NCBI GenBank assembly: GCA_964187785.1 | Contig: OZ076409.1 | Coordinates: 53,074,001 to 53,138,000 of the forward strand | DNA: 64,000 nucleotides | Origin: Amphiscolops sp. MND2022 | Taxonomy: Eukaryota | Direction: 5' to 3' | Part shown: positions 43,854 through 56,700 of the stretch, in pieces | Layout: the number at the start of each line of letters is the position of its first letter | Numbering within the stretch: position 1 is the first letter of the stretch | Made by a program: the position numbers and the translations under genes | The notes under the pieces: model-generated | What the model was told of the DNA's origin: nothing | Databases searched by the model: none | The model's input: only the letters and a program-made list of their open reading frames with translations

Positions 43854-44908
43854 AATGTAACGGCTGCTTGCCCTTATCCTGCGCTGAGGCTTGACAAGCT
43901 TTACGCCGCCCTGATCCGTTGCTTAGTGCTGTGGACCGTCACTAAACAATTCCTGGTTTTCTTGTTTAAAGGACTGTATCTTTTGGCTGGCGGGTCCGAT
44001 GTGACCCGTGGAATCTCCTGCGATTCCTCTTTGCACTGATTTGGATCCGATGTGATCCTGCACACACTTCCCTCACAGTATCTTCACGCGCTCCGGCTCT
44101 CCAACTATGAGAGTAGCTACTTAGTCGCTCTGACTCTAGCGAAAAGTTGTGAAGATTGAGAAGTAGATTAATTAGTCTCGCGGTCCTGAGACCCAACTTG
44201 ACTATAGCTATACAGTGGAGAAAATCTCTATCTAATAATGGTATACATATGGTTTACAATTCTACAGTAAATATAAGCAAATATCAGTTGAAATATGTTG
44301 TATAAATAAATGACATTTAAGTGAATTATTAAGGTTATTGGCTATGTAAACATGAGAATGTGGTGGTTTTGGCATGTTGGTCAGGTGGGCTCAGAAGCAT
44401 GTTTACACTATGTAAATATCATCAATTTCAACAGAGCTGCATTCTAATGTGGTCAGAAGGGTAAATAGCAATGTTTACATTTTTGTCTCAATGACCTTGA
44501 ATACTACACATGTGAGGGGTAATGGGGGTTATAATGGGGGAATGACCTTGAAACTTAGCCGGTGTGTCCGTATTATGTACTTGCATATGTGTGCCAAGTT
44601 TCAAGTCTCTATGGTTAATAGTTGTAGAGAGAATCCCGACTGGGGGGGGTTTTTCGATTTAGCAAGGTGAGGTTTTCGTTCAAATTTTCATCTAAGTTTC
44701 GAAGTTTTAAGTTCTTGTTTCTCAACCAGCATGTTCCAAATCGACTTTCTCTGCTTTCTGATGACTGGCGCCAACAGTTGAGTTTCAAGAGGAGGCCATC
44801 GACCCATACGCTGTCGAAAGCTTTCTCTAGGTCTATATTAAGTAACGCACCACAGGTTTTTGTTCTCAGGACTTTTTCAATTTCAAGTTGCATTCGATAG
44901 AGAGATGA

Positions 44909-47750
44909 GAAAAAATATGCGATTAACGAAATCGAACTACTGGCAGTAATTTGGGGATTAGAACACTTTCGACTATATAAAATCGATATATAGTAAACAG
45001 ATCAAGTTACTCACGGACCACCAAGCACTAGAACCGCTGATCAAGAGGAATCGATCCAATAAAACATACAGCGCGCGGTTGACAAGGTGGCTTGACCGAT
45101 TAGCACATTCCAAGATTAACGTAAACCATATCGCAGGCAACAATTTAGCGCTCACGGATTACTTGAGTATAAATCCGTCAGCGCCGCCGCAAACGGACGA
45201 CGCTTATGACGAAAGATACGTCATCAACAACATCTTACCGCACTACAAGTTCATCTCCAAACACGGCTGCCTTAGCAACCATATTGACCAATCAGAAGGC
45301 GGAACGGACCAACGCGAGCACAAAACAAACAATAAGTTACAGTCGAAAGGAACGCGTGAACAGACCGCCATTGATTGCCTTAACAACAGAGCGTTAACAC
45401 GTACCAGCAATTCTCACGATTTGAAACTCAACAATAGCACCAAAATTAACATGGATGCTAAAACCATCGACAACATCGCAGCCATCGATCCATCGGTTGA
45501 AACCACCGAATTAGTACAACGGTGGCAAGACATCATCAAGCACGGTATTTATGCCCTAACCGGGGGAAAGTGGAAGAAATACCAGGAACCAAAATTCCTG
45601 CGAATTGAACGGAAAGTAATCGAGCAAAGAATACAACAAATGATGCGGGGCCGGAAACAAGGAGATCTACGGCAGAGAATCGGTCCAAAACACAACAGAG
45701 GCTTTCAACCCCAAAGAGACGGCCAGAGCAATGGACCGTAGACCCCTTCGGGGAAGTGGATCGACCGACACCGGCCCAACAACAACAGAACACACCCGGA
45801 CTATCATCAGCTACATCAAACACAAGCCAACAATTCGCCCCGGTACCGATGGAAGAAGACGAAATCGATTCAAGATCCGTCTATTCGGGAAGTACCCGCA
45901 TGGAATTGTGCACGGTACGTAGGGGTAAAAAGTTTCAAGTACGTCAAAAAGGAACATGCCCCAAGAATGACAGCACAAAACGAAACAAACTGGAACCTTC
46001 AGCAGGCCGTACGGAAGACTGAGAAGAATTTTTCAACGGACCTGCATCTGCTGATGACGGAAACCACAAATGATCCGATCCTACTTAAGACCCTAGTCTG
46101 CCTGGAAGGACAACAACACGAGTTGATACCAGAAGAGTACCAGACGCACAAGAAAAAACTGTCGAGCAGTTTCGGTTTGGTCTTGTTGACAATCGATGAC
46201 AGGATTATTGTCCCAAAGAATCTCCTAACAACGATCATCAGCCTACTACACAAGAGCCATCCTGTCATCAATAAAATGACCCTTGCCGCACGACATTCAT
46301 GGTGGCCACGGATGAACGAGGCGATACATAAGAAGTGAGAATCATGCCTTTACTGCAAAATGACCAATAAGAACATTAAGCCTAATATTCCAAGTTCTGA
46401 AACAGACAATCTCCCACAAGTAAGTAATCCGAACGAAGAAATCCAATTGGATTTTATCGGACCAATCACGGAAGCTAACCGCCGATTTCACATTTTTTGT
46501 CCATGGACCGGTATAGTAAATGGCCAGCCGCGAGCTTCTACGGACAGTGAAACGGCGGAAAAATTTCTTGAACAATACACCCGATTAAATGGGATACCGA
46601 AAACAATTAGAACGGACAAAATCACTGCTTTTACGGGACGCTTTTTCAGAGGTTTCTGTAAAAAAACAATACATTAAGTTAATATACCTAACATACGGGA
46701 CACCGTATATACACACGCCCACCGGCTTGGTAGAACGGGGGGTTAGAACCTTGAAAGAAACTCTCCTAACGAACATCAAGGCAGGAGTACAATTTGGAAA
46801 ACCTTTGGACATGTCCCTAGATGAAAAGACAAAAAAAGCTGCTTTCGAACTCCATTACGGCAGGAAACCGAACACGGAGATAAGTAACTTACTAAACCTT
46901 GATGAAACAGAAAAGCTAACAAAACATTCCTTTCAGCCAAACCAGATGCCTTACAGGTATTTTCCTTCAGTGGAGCTGGCGGTGTGTCTGACCAGCTGCC
47001 CATGAAGCCAAAGAAAAGCGCAAACGGAGTAAGTAACTATCCTTTCTTATTTCTAGAAAAGAAACACCAACGAAATAAATTCGAAAGTGCAGATTCCAAT
47101 AAACCACAATTAGCAATACTGGGGGCACAAGCCATACCGTAACTACACCCTATGGGAGAATAAAAGAGAGAAAATTGATTAGTAAGCCCATTGCTGATTT
47201 TAACCAGGAGCTCAACAACAGAGGAATTGGCCCACGTGGACCAGACGGTCGACTTATCAGATCACCATCCAAACAGAAACGGGCAATGCTGATCGAACCC
47301 GAGGACAACTCAGAGGCGCCATTGATGGACATAATGAGTCCAAAGACGCCAGAGATTCAGGACAACACGGCCACAAAGAACAGCACTCTCGGCCGAGGCA
47401 GACCCAAACTCATCAGAGACCGAGCCAGCCCAAATTCTCCACAAACCAGCGCCGACAACAACCCTACACCAGGAAACAGCACGGGCCCACTGACAATCAC
47501 AACGACAAACATGACGGACACGGAAGTAGACCGTGCAACAGAAGACGCAAAAGGCGCAGACCAGGACGAGTTTTTATCCCGGACGAGTACGGTAAGGTAT
47601 TCACTGATAATAAACCAAACCCGAACACACCAGAAGATAACCTGGAAAACTCTGAACTAGACTTAGCAAGTAACTTGAGTTCAAGTACCGAAATCGAAAC
47701 CGAAGAAAAACAAACCTATACGCAGATCAAAAAGACCGACAAAAACTAAT
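44909..47750 (+). pseudogene. Gypsy-B RNase H end, integrase and C-terminal extension, disrupted
   Basis: NEIELLAV.WGLEHF...TDHQAL, N.LTDYLS, LHKSHP...WWPRM, IQLDFIGP, GIPKTIRTD and TGLVERGVRTLK. Confidence 0.85.
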
Positions 47751-48046
47751 CCTATTGTTAGATATAATAACCCAATTTGTCATGATTACAGGTTATACCG
47801 TAGAAAGGCTGAATTCGGGCGCCACACTGAATCAACGGGACGATTGACCAGAGGGGGAAGACAGCAACCTTTAAACCAGTCACAAGACAAAATCCAGACG
47901 TTGCGGGCAGGTAACCACCGGAACATACACAACAGCCGGGAGCGGTCAACCGCACACCAAACATCGGACCAGTGGAGGAACAACCGCCACAACAGAAAGC
48001 AGAACGCCCCCATTGGCAGATCATCAGCCAATAGTAGAAGGGGGAA

Positions 48047-48256
48047 TGTAGAGGACAGCCGAACTTACTTAGACTGTAGAAACTAATTAGTCTCTTTTCT
48101 ATTTGTATTTATTTATATTCTTAATTTAAAATACCTACCCTGCCATATAAGAGCAGATGAAGCTAAATACTCAATGTTCCAAAAGAGAGTGTGAAAAGCT
48201 AGTTGAATCTTAACAAACTGAATTCTCTCTTTTACAAGTATAATAGAGATACAACA
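48047..48256 (+). repeat. Gypsy-B 3' LTR
   Basis: TGTAGAGG...ACAACA, colinear with 26067-26115 plus 35454-35614. Confidence 0.92.
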
Positions 48257-51200
48257 AAGTAATTCCAATTATTTTGCAATGTCCAATCTGAAGACATTTT
48301 GCTCTTGATTATGAATGTGGAAGCTGAAAAAATATAGAAATTATTGAGTCTTACAACAAGACTTTAATCAAAGAAATCCTACAAGCAAACAGATTGGGAG
48401 ACAAAATACTCGTACAAAAGTGCTACAATAAAGCATGACAAGATGAAAATTATCACATTTCGTACCATTTTTCCTACCTTTCGAACGATATGGTAAAATT
48501 GTAATAAAATCTCTTTTAGGGATGGCTCAAACGCACCCATGAAATTGGAAATACACCGAAAATTTGAAGTATTATTACAAGTATCCGAGGATCACACGTT
48601 TGAAAGAGTGGTAGGAAGCTGCCAAAGTAATAATCAGGACGAAGTCGTGTTCCCCAAATAACCCCTAAATCTTTATTTTCCCAGAAACTATCCAAGGTAC
48701 AAAGCACGCAGCGCAGTTTGACTTTGAGGAAGATTATACAATAATAGTATGTTGTCGGTGGACATTTTTATGACTACGTGCATATTCGACAGCGTATAAA
48801 TGTCACTTCAACAAAAGCTCCAACACAACCAAACTTACAGCCTCAAAGAGAAGCTGATAACACCTACCCAATATGCCGGGTAAGAAACACAAAAACGAAC
48901 TCCACTATTGCATTACAATGGTAAAAAAATCCAATTCTTGTCAGAGTAATGAGCATTACGACGAAAAACTGTTTGCATTAAGACTTAACCCATCGACCAA
49001 AAAAGTCATAGCTTGAAAGATATAATGGACAGGAATACGATGAAAATTGGCTAACAAAAGTTGTTTCATTTCAGAATTCTCAGAATTCGAACTGAAAGAT
49101 AGTGACTTCAAATCCGGTCAATATTGAACCATCCTGGTCCGAGAAAAAACAAGGGGCCTAAAACTGGAATGAGCGTACCAGAAAAAAGGGGGGTATTATT
49201 GGAAGACAGCAAGCACGCGATGGCATTCCTGCCAGCAGGCCGCATAGAGTCAGCAATAATATCAAAAGAGAGACGTGAGCGCGAAAGTAGCCAAACATCT
49301 ATGCTGCTCAAAGTGGCAAACTAGAAGAGAGAGCCCAACCAAAGGTGGGACAGTTGGAACGCTTCCAATCTGGCAGAGAAGAGTGAAGTGACAACAAGAA
49401 AAAAGAACGAGGAGAAAAGCAAATGGCAGAAAGGGAACTAAACGAAACGCTGACGACTAGACGAGTAAACGGACAATTGAACAAAAAGGGCTACGATTAT
49501 CATAACATAATGATTATTCAGCTATCAATCTACAACATTCTCCCATAAATCAGTTGTCTGACTCCCAAGCTACGCTTGTCTTTTTTGTCGTTAAGATCTT
49601 GTACGTCCGTGGGTCTCAACTTGGCTACATTTGATTCAACTGAAGAGCAAACATTTTAAATTAAAATAAGAAGTTGGCTTTTGCTTGGACAGACCATCAG
49701 TTGAATGTCTTGGTCCTCGAGAAATTCATTTACTTGTCGTGCTCGATGACAAAGAGCGTTGACTCAGATGATAAAGACAGTTGTTTGCTGCTGTGTTTTT
49801 TCAAACATCAGAATGTTTCTCAGCAATTTTCTGTAAAATGTTCTGTCTACATTTTCGCCAGATTAAATTATTACCAGTTGCCCCCTGCCAGATCGACTGA
49901 CACCTTCCCATATCGTTGCTGCTTTTGAAACTCGGAGAGTATGTAACGATAAGCATTGACACAGCTTGATAGCTACGGTAGATGTTGAAACTGGCATATA
50001 AAACGTTTGTGTCCGGGACTTGGCCGCTTCACACACCAGCTCATTTTCCTCCAAGGAAAGCCTGTCCCGAGGAGGGGGAACCGTCCTAAACGACGCTCTA
50101 TGGCCTGGATCAGGTGTCTTACTGCTACTAGGTACGGACATAATGCTTTTTCTCACAACAACCACAGAACTAGCCTCTAACACTGGGTTTACTGAAATTC
50201 TGAATTCAATCCAAGAGCGGGAACTTTAATAAACAAAGAAATAACTAGTTCCAACAATAGCTATCGACCATATTAATCTTAACAAGAAACAAGTATCAAA
50301 TAATAAATATTACATCAAATTACGAAAACGTAGTCCACGTGAAAGGTAAGGTCTTCTGCACACCCAGCGCGCGAGCTGGACACACCTCCGATGCACCGGC
50401 AAAAACTTTAAGCTGCAATCATGGTCAGAGGGTTATGCTACCAAAAGTGACGACAACCTTCCATCTTATGGCAAAACACCGTGGTTTGGCACACTTTTCT
50501 AGCTGTTTTTTTCGCCTCTTTCGCCTGTCGTCTCGCGGGCGGCTTTTCTGCGTCTTGCACTGCTTTTTGCTGACAGGCACTTGAGCGGAAAAGTGCCACT
50601 TCAATTTTGAATGAGTTTTTGGATACCAGTCAAATTTTCGGTGGGTCCACAGTTGCCGACAGTATGTTCGATTGCATCGTTTTTTCTGGGGCCTCAAAAT
50701 GATGTTACGGTAGGCAACTGACATACCATGGATTCATCGGAGCACAAGACTTACGCTCCGTCAGAAGGACTAAATTTTACACCTTTTGGGAAACGCGAAG
50801 TGTTTTTGTTTCCATTTGCGGGGTTGGCAATGCGTTGGGGCAGTTATTTGGGCACGAAGGTTGCATGTGTTTCGTGAAATTGTCCTCACATGACTTGCAG
50901 AATAGAAACTTCCTTTATCGTAATTTTCTTGTTTAACCAGTTGAAGTCATCAAGGGGATTATTTTCACCTCACGCGCCATAGCCCTGAAATTACTATAGG
51001 ACTACATCATATCTGTTCTTTTCGTTGATCTTGAATCTAGGAAAATTCGTCAGAAACAACTCGCCGAAAACAACTCACTAAAAATACAACAAAGGAAAGC
51101 TCGTCTATTACCAAAGTAAACTAACCACAGTCAGGCAGAAAATTGACCAAGTCATTGAGAAATTAAAATATTCATAGTAGGGGTCTTAGAGGACACATGT

Positions 51201-51499
51201 GAACTAATTACTGTTGATTGATAGTGGCGCTTCTTTTCGAACAAGCGGCACTATCTTGAAACGAAAAATAGAAAAAAACTTCAAACACCAGTCAATAACT
51301 TTTTCTAAACTGTTTTGAGTTTCGACGTACATGTGTAAGAAAAAATTTGCACTGGTTTTCGAACAAGCGGCATCTACATCAATCAGAAGCTAGCTGACAA
51401 CCACAGCGTGCATGCGTAAAACAGATGTGGCAATCAAAATGCTCACTGTGCATTGAGTTGTCGATAAATAGTGTTCCTAAACATTGAAAATTAATGAAC

Positions 51500-51562
51500 T
51501 TGGACAAGTGGTAATGTTTACGCCGCTAATGTGTGAAATCCGAGTTCGAGCCTAGTGTTTGG
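51500..51562 (+). repeat. tRNA-derived SINE head or tRNA pseudogene
   Basis: A-box-like tggacaagtggtaa and B-box-like gagttcgagcc at tRNA-like spacing. The stems are degenerate. Confidence 0.4.
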
Positions 51563-53532
51563 AAATTTTTCATTAAAAGCGCCAATGCTGTAATACAGCA
51601 CGAAAGATTCTCCGGAAAGCAGGTGCTTGGTCAAATCTGGAAATACTAAGGTATCTCGCTCATATTTTTGGGGTACCGCAAAAGAATCAACGCGTTTGTT
51701 GCGGAGACATTTTTCCTGGTAAGAAATTTTCGGAAAATGCATTTTAGCACTGTCCGGTAGCGGCTAAGAAACAGAGTTGGTTATGCACTGCGGCATCATA
51801 TCAGAGGTCTTTGTTAGCTCCTCCGTTTTTGTGAGAGATTTCAGGACTTCAATTCTAGCCGCATCTGGTGCATGGTTGTGGCTGTTGGTGTCTTTCACGA
51901 TGGTATTGCAATACATATGTATCCTAGATGAGCAAAAATCACTGTTTTCACATCTCCAGTATGTGGTACCACATGATTCGCTATCTTCTAGATAAACAAA
52001 TTAATCGTATATCAGTTTTTTACCTTTGCGAGTTCAAGAATTCAATGCGCATGTTGAATGATTTCTATTGATAAAAAAAAGCTGAATGATAGCAATGTAC
52101 GCAACGTTTGTGATTTGGAGTTTTGAAACAAGTATTGTTGACAAAGTTTTACATCTTTCTCTGCTAATCTTTCACTTAGCGCCTTTATCTTCTCCATTTG
52201 GGGTTATATTTAAGTGGACTCAAACAATTGGCACCAATTATTCTATTCATCTGAGATGCGTTTGGCTTTTGTGCTTAGTTGGCGCTGTTCAAATATTCAG
52301 CGAGTTTGTTTTTCTTTAAAATCAAAAAAGTAGTTTTTGACAAGTTTTCCAACCTTTCTTCTCGAAGAGTTGTTTTCGGCGAGTTCTTTTCCGGAACCTC
52401 TGATCTTGGACATTTGTTCAAGGCTTGCTTTTTTTCTCCAGCCATTATCATGAACATGAAGTTCTGGCATTGTCCAAAACCATGAAAATTGCTGAAAAAG
52501 GGATTTTTGATTTCACAAGCATAAACTTTTTCAATCCCATCGATTTTCAATACGTAACCCTAAATATATTTTGGAGACATCGAAGAGACTACGTAAATTT
52601 TGTAAATTGACACAGGTAGACTAATATTACGTTTGATATCGAAAACAAAGTCAATTATTCGAGAATAGCAGTCTGTTGGCGCCAGTCACCAGCAAGCAAA
52701 GAAAGTTGATTCAGAACATGTTGGTTGAGAAAAAAGAACTTAAATTCTTCAAAACTTAGATGAAATTTTGATGAAGAGTCGAGGGGGACCAAATCGGGAA
52801 CTAGTCGGGATTTTCTCGATAACTATTAACCGTAGAGACATGAAACTCGGCACACATATGCAGACACCTAACACGGACACACCGGCCAAGTTTCAAGGTC
52901 ATCGGCCTGTTTTTAACCTTTTTACCCTTCACATGTGTGGTATTCAAGGTCATTGAGCCAAAATGGAAACATTGCTATTTACCCGTATGACCCACGTAGC
53001 ATGTAACTGTTGAAATTGACGATATTTACATAGTGTAAACATGCTTTAGAACCCACCTAACAATTATGTCAAAACCACCACATAGTTTGTTCACTTAGCC
53101 AATAATTTCATATTATGCTTTGATTGTCATTTATTTATACTTCATATTTTGACCAATATTTATCGAATAATTGTAATTGATATGTATACCATAACTAGTT
53201 GGGCAAAAATTGATTGGAAAGCTGTATTAAAGTCGGGTCTCAGGACCACACATATTCTCAATTCATTTCTGCACCTTTTCCGACTTTTCGCCGAAGACTA
53301 AGAGCGACTAATTTAGTTACTCTCAACTTGTGGAGAGTTGGACGCGTTAAGCGACAAGGAAGAAGTGCAATTCGGGATCTTTGGATCCTACTAAGTCAGG
53401 ATACAGTCCTTTTAATTTAGGAAGAAAGCAGTGTTCGGTAACGATCCGCAGTGTCGCGCACCGAATTCAGGGCGGCGTAAGGTTTGGTCAATTGAAGGGA
53501 TCAAGCAGCCGTTACATTTGGTCCGCCGACCC

Positions 53533-53650
53533 GGACATCATCATTTAGGCGGACATCATCATTTGAGCGGACATCATCAACTGGGCGAACATCATCAACT
53601 GGGCGGACATCATCAACTGGGCGGACATCATCAACTGGGCGGACAACTGG
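53533..53650 (+). repeat. 18-bp tandem repeat (ggacatcatcaactgggc, about 6.5 copies) starting at the end of the PBS
   Basis: Directly visible. It gives the GGHHQL repeat in ORF 53431-53700. Confidence 0.9.
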
Positions 53651-53743
53651 ATGACCATCTAACTGCTACGCAGCCAGAAAAGCACCGTGCGAACAAGTGA
53701 ACGTGTACAGTGAACAACGACTATTGGTGAGCTTTACAAAACT

Positions 53744-56700
53744 GTGTGTGCTGCAAAGTGGTTACATCTGGGCTTTCCTCTGTGTTTAGTGTACTCTGGG
53801 GTTTTGGCTACTTCTGCAGGCTCTGGGATATTGTATTCGAAGTGGCATTACCGGATGTATTACAAAAGAATTGACAACCATTTGAAGAGTTCTATGGACA
53901 AGCCACAATGGGAGAGCAACATGAGAGCAATTCAAAACTTTGAAACAAAAATGGATGAAATACATGCTGAGCTGCGCAAAGCAGACGCGACAAAGGAGAA
54001 ACTCGAAGATCTTCTACCCAACCGACAAGACCGTTTCATCGGATGGAAGAGACTCGTCGCGGCGGTCAAAACACTCTTGAAAGCCAAGTATCAACCAGAA
54101 TGGGATGATAGTACAGACGACAGATTTTGCAGATATCGGGATGAATTCGATTCCTTAGAAACACGACAAACGAACATTGGTCACATGCTCGCAATGATGC
54201 GGAGCCTAAAAAATGAAGGACAGTTGAAGGAGTTCCTACAACTTCAAAAATGTTAATAGAAATGTGATGAAATGCTTCAAAAAAAAAACGAAGAAGAAAT
54301 CAAGAAAAGTCAGAAAACTCTTTACAACTCCGAGGATTACAAAACATTGGTACAAACCAACGAAGAGACCCTCTTAATGAGACCTGAAATTGTGGATAAA
54401 ATGAATGAGTTGTTAAAACTTAGTGGAGATATTTCAATCTACCGTTAATTGCATCATTTGGAGGGAATCATGGCCCGTGCCAGACGAAATGGCAAGAACA
54501 ACAGTTGAAGTCCCGTGACACTTTTCCTCAGAAGGATGCAAATGAAGAAGTGGCACAAGATGCCGTTTGCGAATCGTTTCAATAATGAGGTGACATCGCT
54601 ACCCAAAGAATGAGACAAGCGTGCAAGCAAGGCACATTCAAAGTGCAACAGAAGGGCAGTTATTTCCAAGTCTTCAAATGCAAAGCCTGTATTACTTCTA
54701 GAATTAGAACCAATGAAAAAACAAGAAAAAATGGATCAGCAACTAGCTGCCAAGAAATTTCAAGCCGAGATCCGGAAGAAACAGGAAGAGATGAACATGG
54801 GGATACTCGCGGAGAACTAGAAATTGCCAAACTTGAAGAAGAAAACGCCAAGGCTAAACGAATCGCAGAGAAGGAAATGGAAATCGCTCGAGCGGAGGGA
54901 AGCAGAGCAAGCACAAGTTTGCGAAGCATCTCGCTAATACCCATCCACAGCGATCCGTTCGAAAAGGTACCTTCTTGGCTTGATGAATTTAGATGTGACG
55001 AAAAAACAACGAAGATTGAAAAGAGGTATCCAGAATCGCACTGGCCTACGAACCTATCACACCACAACCTGACTCTTTGCCACACACAATTCAAATGCCC
55101 CACCTGGTTGCGAAAACGGTGCAGCCGACCATGGTGAAGGATGACACGTAAGCCAGTCGATTCGAGCCGAAAGCTGCATCAGCGAAGATGCAAATTAATA
55201 CGACATTTCAACAGCATGTGCAATTTGGGAACTTCGAACCCCCAAACCAACCATTGTTAAGTAACCAGACGCGAAGTGGTACAATGCGACCACCAGAGTC
55301 ACCTTCAGCTAAATTCTCTGTCCCCATACAGAGTCAGTTCGCGACAACAAGAAATGAAGCAGTGAGCCTACCAGCCAATTTTCCTGAAACTGAAGCTGGC
55401 AGAATTCTCAGGTGACACATCGGATTGGCTTGAAAGGGTCAAGGTTTTTCCTCACGACCGTGCACGCTGCAAACATCGACGCAAGCTTGGAGATGAATCA
55501 CCTCAAAACGCTGGTCACTGGGAAAGCGAAAGAAGTGATAGCTTGACTGGAGACATGTATGATATTGCTTGGAAGTCCCTAGTCGCGCACTTTGGGAGAC
55601 CACAAGTGGCAGTTAACGCACAACTGAGAGGAATATACACAATTCCGACCGTGCAAGCGTACAACTCTGTAGTATTGGTCAAAGACTCGAGAATAGTTTC
55701 AAGTAGTGTACAAGTTCTGACGCAGATAAACTATGTTGGAAACTTGCAGTCAGAAGGCGTCTTGAGTAGTGCGACCAGAAAACTGCCACTGAACATGAAA
55801 ACGAATTGGTTGACGTACGCGAGACAAAATGCCAAATACTACATGGGACTGGAAGCGTTCAGCTTATGGTTGCAAGAGGTAGCAGCGGTGCAGTAAGACA
55901 AACCAAAGAACTCTCTCAACTTCCGCTGACGACAATTCCGATGAGAAGACTTGTCAAGATTGTCTAATGAAAGACTGTAAACATCCTTTGTGGAAATGCG
56001 AGAAATTTCTGAAGATGACATGTCAAGCGCAATGTGAGAAAGTCAAAGTGCTGAAACTCAGCTTTTGTTGTTTGGCTGGGAAACATGTAGTGAAAGATTG
56101 CACATACAAAGCATGTGGGGTCAAAGGTTGAAACAGACGGCACCATAGACTGCTACACCGCGAGCCAAATGAACGGCAGAAAGGAAGCGGACCGGATGAC
56201 CCACAACATAAGGTGGAGGCGAACTCTGCATTCTGCTCATTAAAGACCAGTGGAATTCCACCCGTTATACCTGCCACCATCCTAGTTGGAAAAAGCAAGA
56301 ATCGACCATGACATCGTGCGACTCTGGAGCGAGCCTATCGTTCATAGACAAGACATTAGCCGAAAAGTTAAATGCTCACGGGGAAGAAATCGACCTGAGT
56401 GTAGCTGGAATACATGGGACAAATGATGTGAAATGTGAACGATTCACTGTGGGAATTTGTGGCAAGGCAAGGAGCAACACACACCACATGACAGTTTACA
56501 CTCAACTAACAAGACGCCGGAACAAAGATCTACACCTATCAAGAGCTCAAACTTGCCTATCCAAACTTGTAGGTTCTAAGCGAAGGAACATTGAAACTCA
56601 AAGATGTAAAAATGATATTGGGAAAAAACTGTTACCATATACATCGGCCTGAAGAATACAAAAGCTGCATGAATGGTGAGCCTTGGGCAGTGAAAACTAA

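Larger units (their letters stand above)
39643..44776 (-). mobile_element. Very young non-autonomous BEL/Pao-derived LTR element (BEL-N, 5.1 kb)
   Basis: LTRs at 39643-40562 and 43856-44776 (about 920 bp, 3 differences found), TSD GTTGA at 39638-39642 and 44777-44781, tRNA-Tyr-like PBS. No RT, RNase H or integrase core. Confidence 0.95.
38567..44908 (-). mobile_element. 5'-truncated LINE RT fragment (pieces 44777-44908 and 38567-39642), interrupted by an LTR element
   Basis: IDLEKAFDSVW..GLLLKL (44780-44890) continues in frame across the LTR insertion into GITG...GLPQGSVLSPTLF...FADD...NGSKT (38768-39634). Confidence 0.9.
26067..48256 (+). mobile_element. Old, decayed Mag-like Ty3/Gypsy element (Gypsy-B) hosting nested insertions
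   Basis: The 5' LTR is split (26067-26115 plus 35449-35614) and the 3' LTR is 48047-48256 (210 bp, roughly 10% diverged by manual count). TSD AAGTA at 26062-26066 and 48257-48261, PBS TGGCGCAGTC (tRNA-Ser-like) at 35615, PPT agaagggggaa at 48036-48046. Confidence 0.92.

Noticed and set aside
43466..43894. Repeat-containing ORFs (TIAQSPRD; also GGHHQL at 53431-53700)
   Set aside because: Products of 21-, 24- and 18-bp tandem repeats in element leaders.
48480..49000. Very old LINE RT remnant on - (KDLGVI motif in ORF 48516-48707)
   Set aside because: One short motif only, not enough to call.
49863..50724. Moderately GC-rich - strand ORFs as host exons
   Set aside because: No recognisable family and no consistent splice chain.
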